Origin: Alphaproteobacteria bacterium
GTDB lineage: Bacteria > Pseudomonadota > Alphaproteobacteria > SMXQ01
DNA: 64,000 nt
Direction: 5' to 3'
Assembly (NCBI GenBank): GCA_035493495.1
Contig: DATJIG010000257.1
Span: 6,698 to 70,697, forward strand
The position numbers and the translations under genes were made by a program. Below are positions 19,616 to 30,571 of the stretch, one piece after another (position 1 is the stretch's first letter; each line of letters begins with the position of its first letter). The notes under the pieces are model-generated. The model was not told the DNA's origin, did not search any database, and saw only the letters and a program-made list of their open reading frames with translations.

Positions 19616-20566
19616 ATGACTCTCAAGGTCGCACTCCAGATGGATCCGCTGGAGCGCATCAACATCGACGCCGACTCGACCTTCGTCCTCGCGCTCGAGG
19701 CGCAGGCGCGCGGCTATGCGCTATGGCATTATCTGCCGCAGGCACTGGCACTCGAAGCCGGGCGGCTCGCCGCCCGCGCCCATCCCCTCAAGGTGCAGCG
19801 CAAGCTCGGCGACCACTTCGCTCTGGGCGAGCCCGTCATGCTCGACCTGTCGAATGTCGACGTCGTGCTGATGCGCCAGGACCCGCCGTTCGACATGGCG
19901 TACATCACCGCGACGCATCTTCTCGAGCACATTCACCCGCGCACGCTGGTCGTCAACGACCCCGTTCACGTGCGCAATGCACCCGAGAAGCTGTTCGTCA
20001 CCCACTTCGCCGATCTCATGCCGCCGACGCTGATCAGCGGCGACCGCGAACAGATCCTCGACTTCCGCGCGCGCCATCGCGATATCATCGTCAAGCCGCT
20101 GTTCGGCAACGGTGGCGCCGGCGTCTTTCACATCAAGCCGGACGACGAGAACCTCAACGCGCTGCTCGAGTTGTTTACGCAGCTCTACCGCGAGCCGGTC
20201 ATCGTCCAGAAGTACCTTCCCGAGGTGCGCAAGGGCGACAAGCGCATCATCCTGATCAACGGCGAGGCCGCGGGTGCCGTGACGCGGGTGCCGGCGAAGG
20301 GCGAGGCACGCGCCAACCTGCACGTCGGCGGCAAGGCGGTGCGAAGCGAGCTCACCAAGCGCGAGCGCGAGATCTGCGCCACCATCGGCCCCAGCCTGCG
20401 CGAAATGGGTCTCGTGTTCGTCGGCATCGACGTGATCGGGGACTACCTTACCGAGATCAACGTCACCTCGCCCACCGGCCTCCAGGAGATCGACCGCTTC
20501 GACGGCGTGAAGCTCGAGGCCAAGATCTGGGACACCATCGAGGCGCGGCTCAAAGTCGCACGGTGA
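19616..20566 (+). CDS. gshB: Glutathione synthetase
   Basis: ATP-grasp fold, prokaryotic GshB N-domain ([11 protein letters not shown]...[12 protein letters not shown]). Confidence 0.92.
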   Translation: MTLKVALQMDPLERINIDADSTFVLALEAQARGYALWHYLPQALALEAGRLAARAHPLKVQRKLGDHFALGEPVMLDLSNVDVVLMRQDPPFDMAYITATHLLEHIHPRTLVVNDPVHVRNAPEKLFVTHFADLMPPTLISGDREQILDFRARHRDIIVKPLFGNGGAGVFHIKPDDENLNALLELFTQLYREPVIVQKYLPEVRKGDKRIILINGEAAGAVTRVPAKGEARANLHVGGKAVRSELTKREREICATIGPSLREMGLVFVGIDVIGDYLTEINVTSPTGLQEIDRFDGVKLEAKIWDTIEARLKVAR

Positions 20567-20576
20567 TCCAAGTCTG

Positions 20577-21635
20577 CTACTCCGCCGTGCGAATCCCCTG
20601 CTTGCGCTGCAGGCCCTGCATATAGGCGATTGCGGCGTCGCTGGTTCCAGCGAGCTGGGCCACCAGCGCCTCGGTGTCCGCGGCACTCATCTCGATGATG
20701 TCGGCGTTGATCCGCTTCAGCTTCTCGATGAAATCCGGATTACGCATCGCGTTGCGGAATGCCGCGCGGTAGGCCTCGACGACCGGCTCCGGCGTCTTCG
20801 GCGGCAGCGCCAGCCACTGGCCGACCTGGGTCGTGTTCGCCCAGTAGGTGAAGACCTCGCGCGCCACCGGATCGACGAGCTTTCCGGCCAACAGATCGCC
20901 GAGCAACGGCGCGCCTCCGTAGGCCGGCTGCGGCACCTGGTTGCCGTCGATCAACGCGCCCGATTGCGTGACCGTCGTGACCTCCCCTCCCTTCATTAGG
21001 CTCTCGATCTCGTCGACGGTGGCGAGCGAGGTCATGTCGATTTCCTTGCGTTGCAGCGCGAGGAGAAGGTCGTTGTTGCCCGGATACCCCGTGACCCAGC
21101 GCACGTTCCAGCCGAGATACTCGGTGCCCCACAGGGTCATCTGCATGCCGGAACGGATCGCCGACAAGGCACCCATGGCGACGGGCGATGCCTGCTTGTC
21201 GAGGAGGCGTGGCAGGGCTTCCTTGCGGATCACGACGACGGTTCCGGTGCGACCAAGCCCGCCGATGTATTTGAGCTTGGTGAGGTCGTAGAGCGCGTTC
21301 ATCGTCCGGTAGTTGAGCGGGTCGGATTGCGTCCCAGCCCCGGTTGCGATCGTCAGCCCATCGGGTTTCGCCTGGTTGTAGAACGAGTTCAGCGCCACGA
21401 CGCCGCCGGCGCCCGGCTGATTGCGCACCACCACGGCGGGACGGCCCGGGAGCGACTCGGCGATATATGCCCCGGACAGGCGCCCGAATGTGTCGGTGGA
21501 CCCTCCGGCCGCGGCGCCGATCACGACGGTGATGGTCTTGTCTTTAAAGGATGGAGCATCCGCGGCGTGTGCCGCCGCGAGAGTTGCCACGGCAAACGCA
21601 CCGAACGCGGCAATCGCCGCCCTGCACCGAACCAT
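20577..21635 (-). CDS. Tripartite tricarboxylate transporter substrate-binding protein (TctC/Bug family), orphan
   Basis: Signal peptide; Bug motif VIGAAAGGSTDTFGRL; about 330-aa mature protein. Confidence 0.65.
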   Translation of the reverse strand: MVRCRAAIAAFGAFAVATLAAAHAADAPSFKDKTITVVIGAAAGGSTDTFGRLSGAYIAESLPGRPAVVVRNQPGAGGVVALNSFYNQAKPDGLTIATGAGTQSDPLNYRTMNALYDLTKLKYIGGLGRTGTVVVIRKEALPRLLDKQASPVAMGALSAIRSGMQMTLWGTEYLGWNVRWVTGYPGNNDLLLALQRKEIDMTSLATVDEIESLMKGGEVTTVTQSGALIDGNQVPQPAYGGAPLLGDLLAGKLVDPVAREVFTYWANTTQVGQWLALPPKTPEPVVEAYRAAFRNAMRNPDFIEKLKRINADIIEMSAADTEALVAQLAGTSDAAIAYMQGLQRKQGIRTAE

Positions 21636-21777
21636 GTTCCACCTCCCCTAGTCTCTTTTGAGCGAGGCTAGCGCGGCGCCGAGGCGGTGGACAACGCCAA
21701 CGCAAAGGGGGCCAACGAAAAAGGGAGGCCGTTGGCCTCCCTTTCGTCGCATTGCGATGACGTTGCTGGTTTCGGAC

Positions 21778-22785
21778 TCAGCGGCCCATCAGCTTCTTGG
21801 TGCGGTCGACCACCGGCTGCGGCGTCGCGTACGCGTCTTCGATAACCTTAGCGATCTGTTCGCCGGTGATTGGGCTGACGTTGAGCTTCGCCTTCTTCGC
21901 CGCCTCGATGAACGCCGGATCCTTCACCGTCTCATCGAACGCCTTCCGCAGGATGGCGATGCGATCCGCCGGAACGCCGCCCGGCGCCACGAACGGACGG
22001 CCGACCGCGGCACGGTCCAGGAACAGACGCAGCGCCTGGCGGTCATCCTCGTTGGTGGCGAGAGCGAAGGGCGTCGGCACGTCCTTTAGACGCGGATCGG
22101 GAGTCTCGGCGCCCTGGAACAGGATGTTGAGATTGCCCTCGCGGTAGTACGCCTGGCGGGTGACCGACTGATACGAGTTGCAGAGCCCCTGTACCTCGCC
22201 GCGCTCGGTGGCGAGGACGATCGGGCTCGAGCCCGGGAAGCCCTTTACAATCTTGAACTTGAGGCCGAGCAGGCCCTGCAGGAACTGCGGATAGGTCAGC
22301 GTGTCGGCACCGGTGCCCGTCGCGCCGACGATCAGCTCCCTGGTCTTCAGGTCCTCGAGCGTCTGCACCGGAGCGTCCTTGCGCGCGGTGCAGACGATGA
22401 CGTCGAGCTCGGGGCTGCCCAGCCAGTTGAGCTTGCGCGGATCGAACTGCGCGCCAGCGCCGCCGAGCAGCGGTTCGAACGGCAAGCCGCGATTGACGTT
22501 GCCGAACACGGTGCCGTCCTTCGCCGCCGTGTTGGCGAGACGATTAATGGCAACGAGACCGCCGGCGCCCTCGACGTTCTGCGCGACGATCGTCGGCTCG
22601 CCCGCGATGTGATCCTTGATGTGCTGACCGACCAGGCGACCCCAGGTGTCGTAGTCGCCACCGGCGGCTTCGCCGATCCAGAGATAAACGGTCTTGCCCT
22701 TGTAAAAATCGGCGCCGGATTGAGCAAACGCCGGAGCGGCGGCGCAAATAGCCGCGGCAGCCGCGGCGAGAACGCGTAGACGCAT
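21778..22785 (-). CDS. TctC/Bug-family substrate-binding protein, second tandem paralog
   Basis: Signal peptide MRLRVLAAAAAAICAAAPAFA; IGEAAGGDYDTWGRL motif. Start trimmed to the ATG giving a canonical signal peptide. Confidence 0.65.
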   Translation of the reverse strand: MRLRVLAAAAAAICAAAPAFAQSGADFYKGKTVYLWIGEAAGGDYDTWGRLVGQHIKDHIAGEPTIVAQNVEGAGGLVAINRLANTAAKDGTVFGNVNRGLPFEPLLGGAGAQFDPRKLNWLGSPELDVIVCTARKDAPVQTLEDLKTRELIVGATGTGADTLTYPQFLQGLLGLKFKIVKGFPGSSPIVLATERGEVQGLCNSYQSVTRQAYYREGNLNILFQGAETPDPRLKDVPTPFALATNEDDRQALRLFLDRAAVGRPFVAPGGVPADRIAILRKAFDETVKDPAFIEAAKKAKLNVSPITGEQIAKVIEDAYATPQPVVDRTKKLMGR

Positions 22786-23048
22786 GTTGGAATCCTTCGA
22801 GACGAAAAAGAGGAGACGGGGCAACGCCCGGTGTGGGAATAGAACGCACCGTATACGGGCAAACATTCAGCGCGTCGAGCGTTGCGTTTCGTAAATTCCG
22901 GCGTGCACCGTCCAGGACGAATCCGAGGGTGCGTTACCCCATAGTAAGTATCTGGGATCATTGGCCAAATAATGCAGCAGATGGAATGCCTTGCGGCGCT
23001 TCGTAACGGTAATGAAACCTTAATAGCGGAGGGGCTACAGGTTTTCGG

Positions 23049-24470
23049 ATGAGTATCGATATCCGCACCTTGTTGGTGGTCCATTCGCTGGTGTCGCTCG
23101 CTCTCGCCGGGCTGATGCTCGTGTTCTGGCGGGTGCACCGCGGCACGCCGGGGCTCGGCCTCTGGACGGTCGGAACTGCGCTTCTCGGCATCGGCGTTCT
23201 CGCTGGCGGCCTGCGTGGCTTCGTACCGAACTTCGTATCGATACTCGGCGCCAACGCTACGGGCTTTCTGGCGCTCGCCGCCTATTGGAACGGGATCCGT
23301 CTGTTCGACGGGCGAATGGCGGTGTGGCGCCAGCCGCTCGCGGCGACGCTCACGACCGTCGCGTTCCTGGCGTACGAAACATACGTCGTCGACGATATTG
23401 GCATCCGCGTCGTCGTCCTTTCCGCCGTTTTCGGCGCGGGCTGCCTCATGTGCGCCTATGAGCTGCTGCGTGGCCCAGCGCGCACCGTGCGGGCGCCAGC
23501 GTTGATCGCCGCCGGACTCTTCGTAATGGTGGCCCTCGCGATGATCGCGCGTGGCGTATGGGCCGCCATGTCACCTCCGCCTGAAGACCTGTTCGCGGCG
23601 TCGCCGATGCAGAGTCTCTATTTTTTGGTCAGCCTGGTCGGCAAGATCCTGTTTGTCGTCGCCGTGCTGATGATGTCGGTGGAGAGGCTGCAGCAGCAGG
23701 TCGAGGCCCGCAGCATCGCCCTCGACGCCGCGCGCGCCAAGGCCGAGGAGGCGAGCCGCGCCAAGTCGGAGTTCCTGGCCACCATGAGCCATGAGCTGCG
23801 CACGCCTCTCAACGCCATCATCGGGTTCTCGGACGTTCAGCGCCACGAGATGTTCGGACCCCTCGGGCATGCGCGCTATCGCGAGTACGCGAGCGACATT
23901 CACGCCTCGGGGACGCACCTTCTCGAGCTCATCACCTCGATCCTCGACATTTCGAAGGCCGAGGCCGGCAAGCTCGAGGTGGCGCCGTTGCTCCTCAACC
24001 CGCGGCCGATCATCGAAACGGCAGTGCCGCTCGTCCGCGGTGCCGCCGAGAAAAAGGGCATCCGGCTGTCGGTGGACCTTCCCGATCCGCCTCCGACGTG
24101 CTGCGCCGACCCGCAGGCGCTCAAGCAGATCCTGCTCAACCTGATGTCGAATGCGGTGAAGTTCACGCCATCGGGCGGCGCTGTGTCGGTGCAGCTGCGC
24201 GGCCTCCTTAACGGCGCCGTCGAGTTCGTCGTACGCGACAGCGGCGTCGGCATCTCCGCCGCCGATCTGCCGCGGCTGATGCGGCCGTTCGAGCAGGTGG
24301 CCCAAGGCTACGCGCAGCGCAGCGGCGGCACCGGGCTCGGTCTTCCGCTGGTTGATGCCCTCGTCCGGCTGCACAAGGGCACGCTCACGGTAGACAGCAC
24401 GGTCGGCGTGGGCACGACGATCACCGTGCGCCTGCCAGGACCGGTCCCCATCGCCCTCGCGGCGGAGTAG
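23049..24470 (+). CDS. Sensor histidine kinase with 5-6 TM N-terminal domain, HisKA plus HATPase_c; no cognate response regulator adjacent
   Basis: H-box [15 protein letters not shown]; N, G1, G2 boxes; hydrophobic N-terminal 200 aa. Confidence 0.85.
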   Translation: MSIDIRTLLVVHSLVSLALAGLMLVFWRVHRGTPGLGLWTVGTALLGIGVLAGGLRGFVPNFVSILGANATGFLALAAYWNGIRLFDGRMAVWRQPLAATLTTVAFLAYETYVVDDIGIRVVVLSAVFGAGCLMCAYELLRGPARTVRAPALIAAGLFVMVALAMIARGVWAAMSPPPEDLFAASPMQSLYFLVSLVGKILFVVAVLMMSVERLQQQVEARSIALDAARAKAEEASRAKSEFLATMSHELRTPLNAIIGFSDVQRHEMFGPLGHARYREYASDIHASGTHLLELITSILDISKAEAGKLEVAPLLLNPRPIIETAVPLVRGAAEKKGIRLSVDLPDPPPTCCADPQALKQILLNLMSNAVKFTPSGGAVSVQLRGLLNGAVEFVVRDSGVGISAADLPRLMRPFEQVAQGYAQRSGGTGLGLPLVDALVRLHKGTLTVDSTVGVGTTITVRLPGPVPIALAAE

Positions 24471-24564
24471 ACGGCCCCAGACGGGGACCGTGGAAACACC
24501 TAAGTCGTACTTCGTCTCCAACCAGCCCTGCCCTATAGTTCTCCGGCATTACCGGGGGCTTCGC

Positions 24565-26100
24565 ATGGTCGCGCGCGTCAGCACGGTGGCGTTCCAGGGC
24601 ATCGAGGTGCTCGCGATCGATGTACAGGTCCAGATCGCGGCCGGGCTGCCCGCGTTCTCGGTCGTCGGCCTTGCCGACAAGGCGATCGCCGAAAGTCGCG
24701 AACGGGTGCGCGCCGCTCTCGTCGCCCTCGGTCTGTCGCTGCCGCCGAAGCGCATCACCGTCAATCTCGCCCCGGCCGACGTCGCCAAGGAAGGCAGCCA
24801 TTTCGACCTTCCGATCGCGCTCGGACTCTTGTCGGCGATGGGTGTGGTCGACGCGGAAGAACTCGCAAGCCACGTCGTTGTGGGTGAGCTCGCGCTCGAC
24901 GGTCGCATTACGCCGGTGGCCGGTGTGCTGCCGGCCGCGATCCACGCCCATATCGGCGACAAGGGGCTCATCTGCCCCGCCGCCAACGGGCCAGAAGCCG
25001 CGTGGGTCGACGGTCTCGACGTGGTCGCGCCCGACAGCCTGATCGCGCTGGTCAATCACTTCAAGGGAACGCAGGTCGCAAGCTCGCCGAGACCGATCCT
25101 CCATTCGGACATTGTCGCGACTCCCGACCTGCGCGACGTCAAAGGTCAGGAGACGGCGAAGCGCGCGCTCGAGATCGCCGCGGCCGGCGGCCATAACATG
25201 CTGATGATCGGCCCGCCGGGCTCGGGCAAATCGATGCTCGCCCAGCGCCTGCCCGGGCTGCTGCCGCCGCTCGGCGTTGACGAGGCGCTCGAGGTCAGCA
25301 TGATCCATTCGCTCGCGGGCACGTTGCCCGAGGGCGGATTGATCCGGCGGCGTCCGTTCCGCGATCCGCATCACTCGGCATCGCTGCCGGCTTTGGTCGG
25401 CGGCGGCGTGAAGGCGCGTCCCGGCGAGGTGTCACTCGCGCATCTCGGCGTGCTGTTCCTCGACGAGCTGCCAGAGTTCGCGCGCTCCACGCTCGAAGCG
25501 TTGCGCCAGCCGATCGAGACCGGACGCGCGGTAATCGCCCGCGCCGCCGCACACCTCACCTATCCTGCGCGATTTCAGTTGATCGCGGCGATGAATCCTT
25601 GCCGATGCGGCTACCTCGACGATCCGTCGCTTGGCTGCGGCCGTGCCCCGAAGTGCGCTTCAGAGTACCAGGCGAAGATTTCGGGCCCGGTGTTCGACCG
25701 CATCGATCTCCACGTCGACGTTCCGGCGGTGTCGGCAAGCGATCTCACGCTGCCGCCGCCGGCCGAGGGCTCGGCCGAAGTCGCCGCGCGCGTCGCCCAA
25801 GCGCGCGAGCGTCAGCGCGCCCGCTTCCGCAGGCGCGTGCAGGATGGTGCGACAGGCTCGGTGCCGCTCCGTACCAATGCGGAGGCTGACGGCGAGCTTC
25901 TCGAATCGGTGGCCGGACCGGACGGCGCCGGCCGCGATCTACTCGGTCAGGCGGTCGACAAGATGAAGCTGTCCGCGCGCGGCTATCACCGCGTTCTGCG
26001 CGTCGCGCGGACCATCGCCGATCTCGATCATGCCGATAGCGTGAAGCGGATTCACATCGCCGAGGCGCTGAGCTATCGCCGCATCGCACCACGGGCGTGA
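24565..26100 (+). CDS. comM: YifB/ComM-family Mg-chelatase-like AAA+ ATPase
   Basis: N-terminal Lon-like domain, Walker A GPPGSGKSM, C-terminal Mg-chelatase domain. Confidence 0.88.
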   Translation: MVARVSTVAFQGIEVLAIDVQVQIAAGLPAFSVVGLADKAIAESRERVRAALVALGLSLPPKRITVNLAPADVAKEGSHFDLPIALGLLSAMGVVDAEELASHVVVGELALDGRITPVAGVLPAAIHAHIGDKGLICPAANGPEAAWVDGLDVVAPDSLIALVNHFKGTQVASSPRPILHSDIVATPDLRDVKGQETAKRALEIAAAGGHNMLMIGPPGSGKSMLAQRLPGLLPPLGVDEALEVSMIHSLAGTLPEGGLIRRRPFRDPHHSASLPALVGGGVKARPGEVSLAHLGVLFLDELPEFARSTLEALRQPIETGRAVIARAAAHLTYPARFQLIAAMNPCRCGYLDDPSLGCGRAPKCASEYQAKISGPVFDRIDLHVDVPAVSASDLTLPPPAEGSAEVAARVAQARERQRARFRRRVQDGATGSVPLRTNAEADGELLESVAGPDGAGRDLLGQAVDKMKLSARGYHRVLRVARTIADLDHADSVKRIHIAEALSYRRIAPRA

Positions 26101-26323
26101 CTCGCCTTTGCCTCCCCGTACCGTGATGGACCGATGCGTGCATTGACCACGGCGCGTGCACACTGCTCCTTTACGAAATCATTTCACACCCGGAACGACA
26201 AAGACCGAGCGCCGCGTTCCGGTTTCCCCCCGCGTCTGGACAACCGGCGCCCTGTGCCTACCTCTAGCAGCGTGCCTTTCAGCGCGCGGCCATTCCGGCC
26301 TGCCGCCATTCGGGATTCCCGCC

Positions 26324-27118
26324 ATGCAGATCGACCTTTCGAGACATCGCGCCATCGTCAGCGGCTCCACCGCAGGCATCGGATTCGCCATTGCCGCAGG
26401 ACTCGCCGAATCCGGTGCCGCGGTGGTGCTCAACGGGCGTAAGGAAGAGACAACCAGGGCCGCCGCCGAGGCGCTGAAGAAACGGGTGCCGAAAGCGCGC
26501 GTCGACGGGGTCGCCGCCGACCTCGGAACAGCTGAGGGCACGGATTCCTTCATTCGCAAGGCCGGCGATGCCGACATCCTCATCAACAACCTCGGCATCT
26601 TCGAGCCGAAGCCGTTCGAGCAGATCACCGACCGCGATTGGCTCCGCTTCTTCGAGGTCAACCTGATGAGCGGCGTGCGCCTGTCTCGTCATTACCTGCC
26701 GCTGATGAAGGCGAAGAACTGGGGCCGCATCGTATTCATCTCGAGCGAGTCGGGACTGCAGATACCGGCTGAGATGATCCACTACGGCGTGACCAAGACA
26801 GCGCAGCTTGCCGTCGCCCGCGGGCTCGCCGAAACGACCGCCGGCACCGGCGTCACCGTGAACGCCGTCCTGCCCGGCCCGACACGCTCCGAAGGAGTCG
26901 GCGATTTCGTCAAAGAGTTGGCCCGAAACGAGGGCGTGAGCGAGGCCGAGTTCGAGCGCCAGTTCTTTGCGACAATGCGGCCAACGTCGCTTCTCAAGCG
27001 CTTCGCCACCGTGGAAGAGGTGGCGAACATGGTGGTCTACGTCGCGTCCGAGCAGGCTTCGGCGACGAATGGCGCCGCCCTTCGGGTCGATGGCGGCGTC
27101 GTTCGAGCGGTCGCATAA
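26324..27118 (+). CDS. SDR-family oxidoreductase
   Basis: TGxxxGIG (SGSTAGIGFAIA), NNLG, YxxxK (YGVTK). Confidence 0.85.
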   Translation: MQIDLSRHRAIVSGSTAGIGFAIAAGLAESGAAVVLNGRKEETTRAAAEALKKRVPKARVDGVAADLGTAEGTDSFIRKAGDADILINNLGIFEPKPFEQITDRDWLRFFEVNLMSGVRLSRHYLPLMKAKNWGRIVFISSESGLQIPAEMIHYGVTKTAQLAVARGLAETTAGTGVTVNAVLPGPTRSEGVGDFVKELARNEGVSEAEFERQFFATMRPTSLLKRFATVEEVANMVVYVASEQASATNGAALRVDGGVVRAVA

Positions 27119-27160
27119 GGACGGCATCTGCGGCGATCGCGACAGATACGCAAATCAGGC

Positions 27161-27200
27161 AAAAAGAAAGGGGCGGCGCCTGGTGTGCGCCGCCCCTTCC
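27161..27200. terminator. Bidirectional intrinsic terminator between the convergent SDR and porin genes
   Basis: AAAAAGAAAGGGGCGGCGC-CTGGTGT-GCGCCGCCCCTTCCCCC: a 10-bp GC stem flanked by an A-tract upstream and a T/C tract downstream. Confidence 0.5.
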
Positions 27201-27228
27201 CCCACCCCTTGATCAGGACGCGCCGGCG

Positions 27229-28692
27229 TCAGAACGCGAACTGGGCGCGTGCCGCAACCGCGTCGATGTGAGCGCCGGCCGCCGTCACGCCGTTAGTCCC
27301 GAGCTTGTCGACGTCCGCATGGATGTAGTCGAGCATGAACCGGACGTTGGAATTCGGGTACCAGTTCAGGCCGACCGCGTAGGTCTGCTGCTTGCCGCCG
27401 AACACCCCGCCGGTGGTGGTCTGCGACACGCCCTTCGTCACCTGGTCGTTGAGGTCGACGATGCTGTAGCGCGCTGCGAGCTCGAACGCGCCCCAGCCGG
27501 TGAACGACGAGTCCATCGGGTGATCGGGGATCACGCCCGAATACGCGCCCGCGCCCGGATTGTACTTGCGGCGACCGCCGAACGAGTAGCTGGCCTGGAT
27601 ATAGCCGCCGTCGAAGTCGAGGCTCGGCGCGGCTGAAGTCGGCGTCGTGCCGAACTGGTCGATGTTGTAGTGGTAGTACTCGCCCTGTGTGAAGAAGTTG
27701 CCGAACTGGGCCGCGGCCTCGAGGCCACCGACCCAACCGGAGTCGGCGTTGATGGCGCCGGTGTTGAGGAAGGTCGTCGAGTCGATCCGCAGCTCCGGAC
27801 GGTCGCTCAACGCGACCTGATGCGCCGCACCATTTCGCGGGTTGCTGAGGTAGAGACCGTTCAGGCCGAGGTGGATCGAGTCGCTGCCGTCCTGCCAGAC
27901 CTGGTAGGTGCCGCGGGCAGCCTCGGCCATCTGCGACATGTTGGAGCCGGAGTGGCTCGCACCCGCCGCCGGCCCGGTGACGTAGAAGCCGGCCCAGTAA
28001 CGATCATCGTTCGAGTGCACGCCGAGAGCGGAACGGGCATCGCCGGCGCCGAACTGCGTCGCGATCGCCTGCGCGGACGAGCGCTCCATGAACATGATGT
28101 CGTTCGAGCTGGTGGCCTCATCCAGCGTCCACGGCACGTCCATGTAGCCGAAGTCGATGCCGACCGGGCGGAAACCGTTGTAGCTGATGAAGGCGTTCTC
28201 GATGATCGACGACGGGGTCGCATCGGTCGAGCCGCCGAAGTCGGCAACCAGCGCGTAATTCCAGTCGCCCATCACCTTGCCGAGGACGCCGATGCGGGCG
28301 CGGCGGGCATTGACGCCGTCCTGCAGCGAGTTCGCCGCACCAGCGCGCGAGACGCTGAGATAATTGCCGACATCGAAGTGCAGGCGGCCGGTGAGCTGAA
28401 CGCTGTTCTGGCCATCGGCCGAGGTCCAGCCCGGACGGCCGTTGGTGAAGGTGATCCTGGGAGCGGCGGCGACGTCGGTCTGCGTCTTCTGCACCTGTTG
28501 CTGGGTCGTGTTGACCTGCTCGCGCATGGTTTGCAGCTGACTCTGAAGATCGCGGATCTGCTGCTCCATCCGATCGACCTGCGACTGGCTCTGGGCGTGC
28601 GCGGGAGCGACGGCGAGCGCTAGCGCGCCAATCATGACGGAACTCAGAAGCGCGTTGCGGATCGAACGCGCCACGGCGTGGCGTACGAACAT
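27229..28692 (-). CDS. Alphaproteobacterial outer-membrane porin (Porin_2-like) with N-terminal Gln-rich coiled-coil segment
   Basis: Signal peptide, QSQVDRMEQQIRDLQSQLQTMREQVNTTQQQVQKTQ coiled coil, then alternating beta-strand pattern ending in a C-terminal Phe (AQFAF). Confidence 0.8.
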   Translation of the reverse strand: MFVRHAVARSIRNALLSSVMIGALALAVAPAHAQSQSQVDRMEQQIRDLQSQLQTMREQVNTTQQQVQKTQTDVAAAPRITFTNGRPGWTSADGQNSVQLTGRLHFDVGNYLSVSRAGAANSLQDGVNARRARIGVLGKVMGDWNYALVADFGGSTDATPSSIIENAFISYNGFRPVGIDFGYMDVPWTLDEATSSNDIMFMERSSAQAIATQFGAGDARSALGVHSNDDRYWAGFYVTGPAAGASHSGSNMSQMAEAARGTYQVWQDGSDSIHLGLNGLYLSNPRNGAAHQVALSDRPELRIDSTTFLNTGAINADSGWVGGLEAAAQFGNFFTQGEYYHYNIDQFGTTPTSAAPSLDFDGGYIQASYSFGGRRKYNPGAGAYSGVIPDHPMDSSFTGWGAFELAARYSIVDLNDQVTKGVSQTTTGGVFGGKQQTYAVGLNWYPNSNVRFMLDYIHADVDKLGTNGVTAAGAHIDAVAARAQFAF

Positions 28693-28931
28693 ATGTTCCT
28701 CTCTTATTTCTTCGCGGATGGTGCTCGTGGGAGACACGGGCGCTCGGCGCGGCTACCGAGTGGTGGCGCGAAGCTAGGGGTCGGATGTGACAGGTCGCGG
28801 ATGGATCAATGACAACGAGAGGACACGTCGGTGCTGTGTCGCGGCCGCAACATGCGTACTGGTCCGGATTGCGACTACGGCGTGCGCTGGCGCGCATCAC
28901 CGGCGCGGTACCGAGAGATGTGCGAGCGACG

Positions 28932-30428
28932 CTAGAACGCGACCTGGGCCCGCGCTGCGATAGCGTCGTAGTGGACGCCCGCCGACGCCACACCATTGGT
29001 GGCGAACTTGTCGACGTCAGCATGAATGTAGTCGAACATGAAGCGGAGGTTCGCGTTCAGGTACCAGTTCAGCCCGACCGTGTAGGTCTGCTGCTTGCCG
29101 CCGAACACACCACCCGTGCTCGTCTGCGAAATACCGTTCGTTACGTTGTCGTTGAGATCGACGATGCTGTAACGCGCAGCAAGTTCGAACGCGCCCCAGC
29201 TATTGAATGACGTGTCCCAAGGGTGATCGGGAATCACACCGGTGTAGCCTCCGCTGGTCGGGTTGTACTTGCGACGACCGCCGAACGAATAACTCGCCTG
29301 AATGTAGCCGCCGTCGAAGCCGAGGCTCGGCGCCGAGGTGGTGGTCGTCGTCGCGAACTGATCGACGTTATAGTGGAAGTACTCGCCTTGGGCGTAGAAG
29401 TTGCCAAACTGACCGGCGCCCTCGAGTCCGGCGACCCACCCCGAGTCGGCGTTGATCCCTCCCGTGTTGAGAAACGTCGCCGAGTCCACCCGCAGTTCAG
29501 GACGATCGCTCAGGGTCAGTTGATGCGCCGAGCTGCTGCTGTTCCGGGGACTGCTGAGGTAGATGCCGTTCACGCCAAGATGGATGTTGTCGTCCCCGTT
29601 CTGCCACACCTGATACGAGGCCCGCCCGGCCTCCGCGAGCTGCGACATATTGGAACCGGTGTGCGAGGAGCCTGCTGTCGGGCCGGTGACGTAGAGGCCG
29701 GCCCACGCCCGGGTGTCGTTCCAGTGCGCGCCGAACGCGGCGCGGGCATCGCCGGCGCCGAACTGGGTCGCGACGACCTGCGCCGACGACCGCTCCATGA
29801 ACATGATGTCGTTCGAGCTGATCGCCTCATCGAGCGTCCAGGGAACGTCGATGTAGCCGAAATCAATACCGACCGGCCGGAAGCCGTTGTAGCTGATGTA
29901 GGCGTTCTCGATGATCGAGGAGGTCGGCGTCGCATCGGTCGAACCGCCGAAGTCGGCGATCAGCGCATAGTTCCAGTCGCCGGCCACCTTGCCCAGCACG
30001 CCGATTCGGGCGCGCCGTGCATTCACCCCGCTCTGGAGGGAGTTCGTCGGGCCGCCCGCCGCCGATCCCCGCGATGCACTGAGGTAGTCGGCGATGTCGT
30101 AGTGCAATCGGCCGGTGAGCTGGAAGCTGTTCTGGCCGTCGGCCGACGTCCAGCCGGGTCGACCGTTGGTGAAGGTCACTTTCGGTGAGGTGTCGACCTG
30201 GGTTTGGGTTTTCTGGACCTGCTCCTGGGTCGTATTCATCTGCTCACGCATCGTCTGGAGCTGCTGCTGAAGCTCACGGATCTGCTGCTCCATGCGCTCC
30301 ATCTGTGCCTGCGTTGGCGCCTGTGTTTGGGCGTGGCCCGGTGAGGTGATCAGCACCGAGGCGCCGATCACCACGGAGCTCAGGAGGATGCTGCGGAACG
30401 AGCGCGCAGTGGTGTGAAGCTGTGCCAT
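28932..30428 (-). CDS. Porin paralog, tandem duplicate of 27229-28692
   Basis: About 75-80% aa identity with the neighbouring porin over the full length; same architecture. Confidence 0.8.
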   Translation of the reverse strand: MAQLHTTARSFRSILLSSVVIGASVLITSPGHAQTQAPTQAQMERMEQQIRELQQQLQTMREQMNTTQEQVQKTQTQVDTSPKVTFTNGRPGWTSADGQNSFQLTGRLHYDIADYLSASRGSAAGGPTNSLQSGVNARRARIGVLGKVAGDWNYALIADFGGSTDATPTSSIIENAYISYNGFRPVGIDFGYIDVPWTLDEAISSNDIMFMERSSAQVVATQFGAGDARAAFGAHWNDTRAWAGLYVTGPTAGSSHTGSNMSQLAEAGRASYQVWQNGDDNIHLGVNGIYLSSPRNSSSSAHQLTLSDRPELRVDSATFLNTGGINADSGWVAGLEGAGQFGNFYAQGEYFHYNVDQFATTTTTSAPSLGFDGGYIQASYSFGGRRKYNPTSGGYTGVIPDHPWDTSFNSWGAFELAARYSIVDLNDNVTNGISQTSTGGVFGGKQQTYTVGLNWYLNANLRFMFDYIHADVDKFATNGVASAGVHYDAIAARAQVAF

Positions 30429-30571
30429 GACTCTTCCCCTCGAAGTCGCGGACCAATGCGGTCGCGCCGCGCACGCGGTCTAGGCGCGGCGTGACGGGTA
30501 AAGAGCGTGATGACAAACGGCGGGTTCTGCTTTTTGCCGCCTGGGTCGCGTCGCGAGGGCGCGCGCAGGGC

